This document shows positions 53,752-64,000 of a stretch of 64,000 bases of DNA, piece after piece. Numbering within the stretch: the first letter of the stretch is position 1; each line of letters starts with the position of its first letter. Below the pieces are notes generated by a model. The model did no database searches and was not told the DNA's origin. It saw only the letters and a list, made by a program, of their open reading frames with translations. A program made the position numbers and the translations under genes. Source of the DNA: Mytilus trossulus (lineage: Eukaryota); assembly GCF_036588685.1 (NCBI RefSeq), contig NC_086374.1, forward strand, positions 16,244,001 to 16,308,000, in the 5' to 3' direction.

Positions 53752-54268
53752 TATCGGGGCCTTTTATAGCTGACTATGTGGTATGGGCTTTGCTCATTGT
53801 TGAAGGCCGTACGGTGACCTATAGTTGTTAATGTTTGTGTCATTTTTGGTCTTTTGTGGATAGTTGTCTCATTGGCAATCATACCACATCTTCTTTTTTA
53901 TATATTCATCCTGCTAACATGTTTAGGGGAGGGAAGAGTTAGGATCCCTCTAACATGTTTAACCCCCCCATATTCTGTATGTAGGTGCCTGTCCTAAGTC
54001 AGGAGCCTGTATTTCAGTAGTTGTCGTTTGTTGATGTGTTACATATTTGTTTTTGGTTCATTTTTGTACATAAATTAGGCTGTTAATTTTAGATTTCTCG
54101 TTTGAATTGTTTTACATTTGTCATTTAGGGGCCTTTAATAGCTGACTATACGGTATGTGCTTTGCTCATTGTTGAAGGCCTAACAATGACCTATAGTTGT
54201 TAATTTATGCGTCATTTAGGCTCTTGTGGAGAGTTGTCTCATTGGCAATTATACACCACCTTTTTTAC
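53752..54268 (-). mobile_element. Two adjacent Mg1-like repeat copies (53752-53904 and 53905-54268)
   Basis: Both contain tttgctcattgttgaaggcc...gacctatagttgttaat...agttgtctcattggcaat. Confidence 0.8.
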
Positions 54269-55005
54269 AGCTGACTTTTTCTTAGGTAATTTATCTACTG
54301 AACCAAGGGAGAAAAACATAATGTAACTACAGAAAGTCTTTCAACCATGAAAATAAGGTCATAACCAACTACCATATGGATGTCTGACGAAAAACTTCAG
54401 CAAATAAGCTTCCTATGTATAAAATATCGCTTACAATGTAACTAGCTCATTTGCCTACTGTAATAGCATGCATTGAGTGTGTTTATATTGCTTGTAATAA
54501 AGAGGTCATCAGAAATTCCCGTCGTTACACACAATAGTATAGTTTTATTATATATATATTCTAGCTAAGGTCATTCGTCTAATCTGAATATCATATTTCT
54601 ACATAGTCATAGGGATACCTATTAAAGCAGATAATATTTCAAATTTTGTAAAGCTAAGAAAGGATTATGTCCCTTTGGTAAAGTATTCTTAGACTTAATG
54701 TAAATATTAACAATGTTAAGGACATTAGCATATCAAATAACACAAGCATAAATATATCCAGCTTCTCTCTGTGTTTAATGTATTATAAAAATTTCTGAAC
54801 CTCACACCATTCTGTTATATAAATTATTATCATTCATGCAATACATTTTGTCATCCTCCATTTTCAACCGTCCTCTCACGATGTTCTTTTCTAAAGTGTC
54901 AAACTTTTTTCCAGAGAAGGCAAAATAAAAACACAACCATCTACGAATGATTGCACAATCTGGTTTACAGAAATAAAAAGTACTTGATAAACCAGTGCTA
55001 CTTAC

Positions 55006-55074
55006 TTTTCTTTGTTTTTGGAGCAGGTGCAGTGGAGGAAATAGAAGTTTTTACAGGAGGCTGAGGTGGAGGAC
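55006..55074 (-). CDS. COBL: Cordon-bleu-like protein, small exon (69 nt, phase 1-1)
   Basis: Acceptor tttccatctttag, donor A|gtaagt. It encodes GPPPQPPVKTSISSTAPAPKTKK and extends the preceding poly-Pro. Confidence 0.8.
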
Positions 55075-55310
55075 CTAAAGATGGAAATGATTGGAAAATC
55101 ACAGCAAACACTACAAGCTCTGTATTATTGACTAGCATTACTAACAGCTTAGCATGGAGTGCATGATTCTCACTAAAGATATAAGTTCTATATAGATTTT
55201 TAACCAGAAATTTTGCCATACACCAAAAAAGAAACAGTATGTTAATTTATTTTTCAGTTATGGAATCAGAAAATTAATGTATAAGCAGTGAGAATCATAC
55301 AATACTTTCA

Positions 55311-55435
55311 CAGTGTTTTCCCTAGAGGGTTTATGTATTGTATGTGCCATGCATTAATTTAGACCCCCATCCTTCAAAATTTCTGACCTTATCCCCCATT
55401 CTTCAAACTTAACACACATCCTAGGGAAAACACTG
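55311..55435. mobile_element. 125-bp MITE with 15-bp perfect TIRs (CAGTG-ended, hAT-like)
   Basis: cagtgttttccctag ... ctagggaaaacactg. No clear TSD. Confidence 0.6.
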
Positions 55436-56684
55436 TTTTATTCATACGCAAGTCTATCATTCACGTTTTTTTAAAACCATTATCACATACACTTTTCAGA
55501 ATTAAATGCCAATTATACTATAATAATTTCGCTCCGCATTTTTGCCAGAATACTTTCAAATGCAATTCCTTTAATATGTTTAATATGAAAAAAAAGTCAT
55601 GTATAAATGATAGACTTGGTTACACAAAGTTATACAATCCTCTGTCCAAATCACACTCTGTGTAATACTAAACCATAATGTAAAGGAGGAGGTATGATAA
55701 GAATTATTATTTGGCACTGAAACATTTTTGTGAAATGGAAAAAAACAGTAAAATTCTTTGATCTTTCAAATTTTGTCCCAATTATTCTAACATGCAATGG
55801 ACTGTAGTCATCATTATAGTTCAGAAAATGTGTGTGTGATATCAATCTTATTGTAAAGATATATAATTCATATTAAAAGATTTGTTATAGTTTTTAGTTC
55901 CTTTAATAAGAGCAAGGATGCAAAACATAATCTTATCATACCTTCTTTACCTTAGACCACCACACATGAAAGTTAAAACTTTAATTGTGTGAACTAGAGC
56001 ACTGTATCTAGATACAGCATGCTATGAAGTGTTATGACATGTTTGAAACCCTACCCGCTCAGCCCTCCCCTAAATTTGATGTTTTTAAAAACAAATAACA
56101 AGTATCACCAAAAATATAAGACAAAGATTAATAAGTTATATAGAAAATTTAATTTATTAATGTAAAAAAAAAAAAAAAAATTATTAGTACAATGTGTTTT
56201 GTAGAAATGGCTCCAAGTGTGCCAGTATGATACATTTTCCCATAAAATTCAAAATTCCTGAAGAATGCTTTCTCATTGGTCAATATTTGTAATTTCCTCA
56301 AATCAAACAAACAATCTCTGTTATTATAATTTGGAACCTACAACCTAGCCATAGCCTTAACTAGATAACATTTGATTACAGGGTTTTATAAGACAATATA
56401 ATGCAACCCAGTGTGTCTATAACTTTTTCTTGTCTCAATAGATATTGTTTCTGTGTATACATGTATATGTCTCTGGTAATCTCCAGTCAGGGTAAAAATT
56501 TATGAATCAAATGTGCCTGTAGACAAATTCAAAAATGATTTTTGTGTAGAACATTTTGTGATTTGTGGAGATGATGCAATGATTGGATGATAAATGACAA
56601 TAGAATGCCATTCTTTTGAATATTGTTGTTACTATCATCTGATCAAGCAATCAGGATGATAAAGATGAGGTTTTTACTGATGTA

Positions 56685-56866
56685 CAGTAAATGCAGAAAT
56701 TTTAAGTGAAATTATTATTGCAAAATTTGGTTGAACAATAAATACAAATGCAAAGTTAATCATTGCAATTTCAGAAAATGCAGTATACAATAATTCTATC
56801 AAATTTAAATTGAGTTTTTATCCCACTGGAATTTTGCAATAATAAAATACGTTTTTGAATTTACTG
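56685..56866. mobile_element. Tc1/mariner-type MITE with TA TSD
   Basis: TA-cagtaaatgcagaa ... ttgaatttactg-TA. It also has an internal 16-bp inverted pair, ttattattgcaaaatt / aattttgcaataataa. Confidence 0.65.
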
Positions 56867-56930
56867 TATTTTCTACACAAAGGGAAACAACTCTAGCAAC
56901 TATTCAACCACACAAAGACATGATTTTTAC

Positions 56931-57714
56931 CAGGTGGAGGAGGGGGGGCCTTTTTCTTTTTGCCCGTTCTATCCAGAGAACTAGACCTAGGTGTTGAGGA
57001 TGGCACTGCCTTTTTCTTTGTTCTCTCTAATGGTAAAGTTTGACTTGAACCAATTTCACCATCAATGTCTTTTCTCCGTGATGAAGAAGGAGATATATCC
57101 CTTACGCCACTATCACCATTTAACAGACCACCACTGTCTAGAGATGCTGTATCTACATTTAATTCTACTTCCAAATGTTCATCAATTCGTGGACCATCAG
57201 GTGATTCTGCACCACTTAATGTTAATTCATGATATCCACTTGAATCAGAACTATTCCGTGAGTGGTATTTATTAGAAATATTTTCAGTTCGTTGTCTAAT
57301 TTCACTGATTTCCTGTTTTGATTTGACATGTTTTTCCATTTTTTGTTTTTCCACACTAACTTCCACTTGAACAGTATTTTGAACACTTTGAGCTTGTGGG
57401 GGTGGTGGTGCCCTCCTCTTTTTACGAGGAGGAGCAACAACTTTGTCACTTTCTGCCTTTAATGCAGTCATTGATTTAGACTTTGAACTAGCATTTTGAC
57501 TGTTATTTAATCCTGATAGATCTAATGGTGGCACTGTCATTTTGGCATCTGAAATTTTGTCTAAATTTGAAGTAGATACTGCATACATTGTTTTTGGTCT
57601 AGCACCTGGATTTCTATTTGACTGTTCTGGTGGAGTATCCTGAGATGTAGATCGTATAGGTTTTTCTCTGAGAGGAACTGGTTGCTCCACATATGCATCT
57701 CTTTGAACACTTTG
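56931..57714 (-). CDS. COBL: Cordon-bleu-like protein, internal exon with two KRAP-type motifs
   Basis: Acceptor tttccattccag (phase 0), donor G|gtaaaa (phase 1). It contains RKKRRAPPPP and KKKKAPPPPP, the KrRAPpPP motifs characteristic of Cobl proteins. Confidence 0.9.
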
Positions 57715-58372
57715 CTGGAATGGAAATATCAAAACAATATATAGCAGAAAACTCATCACACCGTCTATGTACATTTTGCAATTTTTTCCCTTAACATGGC
57801 ATATTCTTACAAGTTTACAAGTTACATATTCTGGTATCATAAATCTCTTATCCCAATTTTGCAATTTGTCAATAAACAAAATATTAATGAACATGGTGAA
57901 GATAGATTCTGTCACACAAATGATACATCAATTTAGCCATTGTAACAACTGATAGGCAGGTAAACAGATTTTCAATTAATCATCATAAAAATAACACTTG
58001 TGTTAAAGAGTTAAAAATTAGGATCAATCTGGAAACTCTGAATGTACTTTTTGCTGGCTTTAGTCCATCAACTGCAGCTGTTTACATGGGCTAAACTACC
58101 ATTGTATACAAATTTCATCAACGTGTTTAAAGCTACAACTTTGAATAAATATATATAAATGGAAAATTAGAAACCTTTGACTAACATCCCAACATGATAA
58201 ATTTCATCAGTATGAAACAGTCCATCAATCTGACCAGCACAAAAGGATGAGCCCTGGTTTCAAAGCCCTGGATAAAAAAAATGTGCTAGGGTCAAAAAGG
58301 GAAAATCATTCTATACACAATGCCTCAAAATCCATGAACCAGGAAAAATACTACAGTAACATACTGACTTAC

Positions 58373-58524
58373 CACAGAAAACTTTTTACTGTTGTCTTTT
58401 TTAAGAAAGGAGAAGAAACCTTTCTTTTTCTTTGTTTCTCCGGCTGAAGGCATGTAAGAAAGGTTCTGTTCTGTTCTCTGATTCCCAGATAGATTTGGCA
58501 TAGACATGGCACTATTTACAGTTC
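58373..58524 (-). CDS. COBL: Cordon-bleu-like protein, internal exon (152 nt, phase 1-0)
   Basis: Acceptor tcttttacag, donor GTG|gtaagt. It encodes GTVNSAMSMPNLSG...KKKKGFFSFLKKDNSKKFSV, similar to the basic 'KKxFLGFFK' segment after the Cobl ubiquitin-like domain. Confidence 0.87.
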
Positions 58525-59637
58525 CTGTAAAAGATATAAAGTTATTTTACTTAATTATATGTACATACTTAAGATAAATTAAGTAAAATATAAGTTCTGA
58601 GTTGTGTCCCTTTGAAGTCTAGCCCCTTTTACCTGACCTTATTCCTTCAATCGGTCATTTTATTTCTCATTAAATCAATACATCAGTGAACCGTTCTAAT
58701 CCATGCCTTACAAGTTGTTTTGAAAGTTTTATTAAACTATTAGAGAATTAACATACTGTATACAAGCAGTAAGCATGGTATGAAAGCATACAATTTTCTT
58801 TTTCAAGTCATTCTTCATAAAACGTTGAGATTTCATTATGTCCTACTTTTTCTAACCACACCATTTAATCTTTTCATTTCTATATATACTATTTCTTTAG
58901 AAAATATAAAAACATTTTACAGAGAAGAGGTTTATACAGTATAGCAAATATTTAATACCCAACCAACCAAAACATAATTATCACAGGATCAAAATACAGT
59001 ATATATTTCATTTATATATCTCCGTAGAGGTACTTAATCATCTTATGATAATATTTGATTTTTTCAATTTTGTACTCAAATTCAGTATTTACATCAGGTC
59101 TGACACAAATGACTTTTTTTCTACTGACCAGGACTAAGGATGTACAACCTACAACGTTTTGCATGATGTCAAACATTAAAATGTTCTTAACAAGAAAAAT
59201 GGAATTTGGACAGAAAATGTGTGATCCTTCAAAATCTTAAGAGTCTCTTAAACATTATAAGAGCCTTTCAAAGGGTTACATTTAATATAATGGGGACAAA
59301 AAATTTTGTTTATACCTTTGGTTTACAGAAGGAAGCCCAAAATTACAAGCTTGTGATTTAGGTTTATTATTTACTGTCATAAGACCTGAAATAATTCCCC
59401 TTGTGACTCAGAGAAAACTGTTAGTTCTGTTTTGGAAACTAAGCCAAACCAAAAACCAGTAATGATTCATTGAAATTTCCATGTCCTAAATGTCACAATG
59501 TAGAGTGCTCTAATTCTGAACCAGCTCAAAATAGTGTGCATTGTCCTGACCAGTATACTTGACCATGAATTAATCTGATTAAAAGTGCACCCCAGTACTC
59601 TTTTAATGCATATCTATTTAATATTATACCTACTTAC

Positions 59638-59676
59638 CAGCGAAAAAGTAATTTATAAACGTTCCTCTGTGAAAGT
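59638..59676 (-). CDS. Candidate 39-nt micro-exon of the cordon-bleu-like gene (DFHRGTFINYFFA)
   Basis: Acceptor ttttaaatag and a consensus donor CTG|gtaagt. It is phase 1-1, open and frame-preserving. No transcript evidence. Confidence 0.4.
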
Positions 59677-61515
59677 CTATTTAAAAGTGTCAGTACATAC
59701 TTGAATCAAATCAAAATTGTCATGCATGATAAATTTGAAGTCTTGAGTCGCTGACAATTTAACTACTTATTTAATGTAAGCAAAATTGTATTCTAAAATT
59801 TCATTCATGCCCCTTATTATAACACACAATGATAATTTTGTTTTGGATAATTGCAAACATAAAAAATAGATTTGTACTGTGAGAATATTTTCTTGAATGG
59901 AAAGGGTTAATCATTATGGCTGGTTTTGCTCCCAAAAAAGCTCGCTCAAGTTGAACTTGAAAAAATACTATACATTGAGTATACCTGTACTTATCATTTC
60001 TTAATGAAGCAATATCTTTTTGAAACTTTTCCTGAATTTATGAAAATGGTAATTGTTTAGTATTAATTTGTGATCTTTTCACAATGATAAAGAATAAGCA
60101 GAAAAATTCTACATCTGAAGCTAAAACAGTTCAGATTTTAATAACTTTATTTGCCAGTGAATAGTTATTAATAAAGTTTTAGCACCATATATATTTGACT
60201 AAAGAAGCAGGATCCAGGAGTAAGGCCAAGAAAATAATAATGGAAGTACTATTGGTTACAATTTTAAAACTGTTTTTTTTTTATATATAAATTGAAAATA
60301 ACATCTTTTGGAAAATACTGACTACAATCTTAATTTATCTATCCTAATGTATTTCTGTTGTTTATAAATATCTTTGGGACATTGTAATTTTGTTAATCAA
60401 GTATAATGCAAAAAACACCAGATGACTAATGTTTTGTCACCTAACTTCTTACCAGAGGTTTGTATATATTGAGAAGTTGAAACAGACACAATGCCGAATG
60501 GATTTAGTTTTAGATCAGCTTTAAAAGTGCCCCATAACTTTAATTTTAAGAAAAGTAAATAGAAATTGAGTGATGGGTTAATGGAAGTCTTTCAGATAAA
60601 TGTATTTTTTTCTTTCAGCACAAGAACAAATAACTTTTCAACATTTCATATTCCGTCAAAAAGATGTTTTTGTTTGTGACACTTTTGAAGGGATTTACAC
60701 ATGTTCCCGATATATTAAAAAGTACGCCATAGCTTTTCTGAACAAATGAGACAGTATAAATTAAATATCTATTGACACAATTAGGGTAGGTGATTTTTTA
60801 ACGAGTTGTTTCATTCATATAGGCTCTCAGTATATGGGCAAACATAATTATCATTTTTTTATCATTTCTTTTGTTTTTGTTTCAATGCAAATTTACTTTC
60901 CTACTAGTAAAGTGCATGTATGATCTTCTCACAAAAACTTATTTAGTATAAACCAATCTATAAAATGGCAGGAACACTATACAAGACCTCAACACTTAAT
61001 AACCTGGTTGATAGTTTAACTGGGTGACAAATTATTAGTTTTTGTCCTCTAATTTTTCAATGAATTTAGAATGAATGGGTTTTTTACAGGGAAGGACAAG
61101 TGATTATAAATCAAACAACTTATATCAGTATAATTTCTGAAGAACATGATATTGGATATCTAATATTGTTAAAAATGTCTTTAGTTCAAAGATTTGGTTT
61201 ATTTACTTATGATATTTTTTAAGTTCAAAATCTTTGTATATCTTTAGTATGTTGCATTATAATAGTAATCTCGTATGCATACAATGCTGGATTTAAGAAT
61301 GTCCTGATAAGGCCATCATAATGAAAGATTGCATGATTTCAATTTGATAATTATACTCATAAAATTAAGTCTTCAGTTCTTTTAACTATTAGAAGCTCAT
61401 AAGAAATTCAGTAAAAACAAATATACACATTTATACTCTTACTACTCAATGTTTCGGGCCTTTCGTATAATTCATATAACAACTGATCAGTGATGAAAAG
61501 GATATATGTAGTCAT

Positions 61516-61790
61516 CAAAATAAGAAGATGGGGTATGATTGTCAACGAGAAAACACTACACAATAGACCAAATGACACGGTAATTAATGACTATAGAGAA
61601 ACTTATAGCCTAATTATTTATAAAACAAAAAACAAATGTGTTACAAATACAGCAACAAACGGCATCCACTGAATTACAGGCTCCTGACTTGGAACAAGCA
61701 CATACAGAATGTGGCAGGGTTAAACTTGTTTGAAGCCCCCCCTCCCCCTGACCTGGGACATTGGTGTAACTGCACAACATAAGGACAGTT
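61516..61790 (+). mobile_element. Diverged Mg1-like repeat copy
   Basis: aagaagatggggtatgattgtcaacgaga...ccactgaattacaggctcctgacttgg...acctgggacattggtgtaac. Confidence 0.7.
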
Positions 61791-61804
61791 TATATTTAAT
61801 TTAC

Positions 61805-62027
61805 CTGCACCAGTCATGTTTATTTCCTGTGATTTCAGATCTCCTACAGTCAACTTCATATCCAGATTGTTATGGGGATCAGAAGGGAGTTGAAATGTGT
61901 AACGAAAAGGGTCTAGATTTTTCTCTGAGCATATCTGTTGTCGTATAACTTCTAGTTGTGTATTAGGACTGATGCGTAGTACTTTCTTCTGATTCTGAGG
62001 TAGATTGACTGTAAATCTCTTTGTCAT
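61805..62027 (-). CDS. COBL: Cordon-bleu-like protein, ubiquitin-like (Cobl/RBD-like) domain exon; upstream exons lie outside the window
   Basis: Acceptor ccttattttgcag, donor G|gtaaa. MTKRFTVNLPQNQKKVLRISPNTQLEVIRQQICSEKNLDP...LDMKLTVGDLKSQEI parallels the Cobl segment TVRLVVNY..TQKAVVRVSP...L..I...IC.K...L.LSKSL.ELG..EL. Confidence 0.88.
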
Positions 62028-63710
62028 CTGCAAAATAAGGATAGGAAGATTAATACAAGTTGTATAGCTATATAATAATATCATTAAAATAATTCAAATA
62101 TCATGTGATAATTCCTGCTATTGCACACATTGCCATATACTCAATTTTGTTATAAAAAAATACAGTTTCTAGTTTTGTACATGTATAAATCTTGGTTGAT
62201 GGTGCTTTTTTTGTTTGAACTGTTGCACATTTTGTTATGATGGGGACATCTACAGCTTGCTTTGCAGTGTGGGTTTTGCTCATTATTGAAGGCTGTAAGG
62301 TGACCTATGGTTGCTTTCATCCATGTTATTAGGTGGATATCTATAGTTGTCTCATTTTATATAATACTTTTATCACTTTGAAATTTCTGTGACAGTGCTA
62401 TACCCTGAATGTTTATAATACTCATGATTTTTATTATTCATAGAAATACACATTGCAGTTCATAGCTTGTAAAATGTTTTGCTTTAAAAAATCCTAAAAA
62501 CCTTAGCCATCATCATTGTACGATTCCACAACTAAGAATTTTAGTGTTGCTGAGAAAATATAAAACTATCATTTACCGTTGAGATATATTGTGAAAAACA
62601 ACCTCATCTTAAGAGATAACATTACTGGGTCCTTCTCTAAACAATGTGTCATATGACATTCCATAGTAACATAGCATAAAAGAAGCAGTTCCTTTCTGCT
62701 AATCACCAGCTACACCTTGTTAATATGTAGTGTCCTATGTGAGTTATGACTTATAGATATGGCGTCATGTCACTTGTTACGAGTACAAATGTATCCCCAA
62801 TGAAATGTTGCCATGTACTTAAACTTGTGTGTTGTCTAGAAATATGCTTCCTTGTTGTGAACAAAAAATATAGTATATCAGTAATTAATGGTGGTACAAT
62901 TTTATAAACAGCAAAACATGTCATTCCATTGCATACTTCAAACCATTCACAAACAGTGAAACTAAAATTGAGAATGAAAATGGGGAATGATTCAAAGAGA
63001 CAACAACCCGACCAAAGAGCAGAAAACAACTGAAGGCCACTATTAATGGGTCTACAGCGAGAAAATCCCACCCAAGGAGGCCTGTCCCAGCTGAAAAGTA
63101 TAGTGCTTGTATATAGTGGTACTGTGTAACTATTTGTCACATAATTCACATAAAGAGCTTGCATACTAGAAACACAATTCTACATTAAATATTGGTAATT
63201 GTTTCTTGATATTGATGTGCATGCTATTGAAATTGTTCAATTATTGACCAAAAATATTAGCAAACAGAAGTTTGGAATATCATGTTCCACACCAAATATA
63301 TCTTGCATCCACAAAATGTTGGCCAAATATTTGTTTAGAGACATTTAACACATTCACCATTATATACTAGTAGAAGATTGTGTACATAATGATTGTTTAT
63401 ACAACTGATTAAAAAATAAATTGTTTTTAATCATTAGTATCAATAAAGTCAAAACAATACAGGTAGTTCTGTAACTTGTGAAACTTATAGAACAAATTTG
63501 TGTCACAATACAGGTAATGATCAATTCTTTATTGATACAATCTTAGATTTCAGAAGAGATTTGACAATAGTATCCACTTACTAAGGGGGCAATCAGAACA
63601 GTATGACGATGATATAATGATAGATTTATGTTTGATGAAAAGTGGCAAATAGTACATGCACATTATTGATTATTGCTGGCTAAATGTAACTTTTGGTATG
63701 GTAACCAAAA

Positions 63711-64000
63711 AAGCAAGATGTGTCTTTAGTACACGGATGTCCCACTCACACTATCATTTTCTATGTTCAGTGAAACATGAAATTGGGGTCAAAACTCTAA
63801 TTTAGCATTCCAATTAGAGAGATCATATCACAGGGAACAATTTTGTGTACAGTGTTTTGAGTTGAATGGACTTCAAATTCATCAAAACTACCTTGACCAA
63901 TAACTTTTACCCGAAGCAGGAAAGACTGACAAATGAACTACTAGTAATGGACGAAAAAAAGGATGCACAGACCAAAAATCATATTGCCCCTTGGTGAGGC
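63711..64000 (+). mobile_element. HINE-like family 1 copy (one core repeat), running to the window edge
   Basis: caagatgtgtctttagtacacggatgtcccactcacactatcattttctatgttcag...cacagaccaaaaatcatattgcccc. Confidence 0.75.

Noticed and set aside
57715-57915. N-terminal extension of the 340-aa ORF (MTESIF...)
   Set aside because: This is intronic read-through upstream of a clear acceptor at 57717-57715. The same applies to the ORF tails beyond the donors at 30133, 46802, 56930 and 61804.

Overview
AT-rich, intron- and repeat-rich eukaryotic genomic DNA. The interspersed repeat families resemble those of bivalve molluscs, most likely Mytilus; this is inferred by recognition, not by a search. Two spliced protein-coding genes lie on the minus strand. 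(1) The 3' part of a cordon-bleu (COBL/COBLL1)-like actin regulator has 8 phase-consistent GT-AG exons between 62027 and 46256 (about 1164 aa in the window). It carries a Cobl-type ubiquitin-like domain, KxxAPPPP motifs, a Q-rich coiled coil and a single C-terminal WH2 domain. A 39-nt micro-exon and an alternative terminal exon are candidates. (2) The first two coding exons (30742-30134, 14743-14594) of a rutabaga/ADCY1-like transmembrane adenylyl cyclase are present, and the gene runs off the left edge. The rest is non-coding: five larger tandem arrays (59/61, 78, 89, 37 and 65 bp units, some with higher-order structure), Helentron-associated (pearl/HINE-like) elements, a tRNA-derived Deu/Nin-type SINE, several MITEs including a TGT...ACA Ginger-like one, and degraded retroelement fragments. 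There is no CRISPR array, rRNA or intact tRNA, and I found no evidence of a new multi-gene system. The most notable signals are insertion footprints: a SINE carrying a 66-bp inverted copy of nearby DNA inside its TSD, and a HINE-like DNA element copy flanked by an 11-bp TSD.
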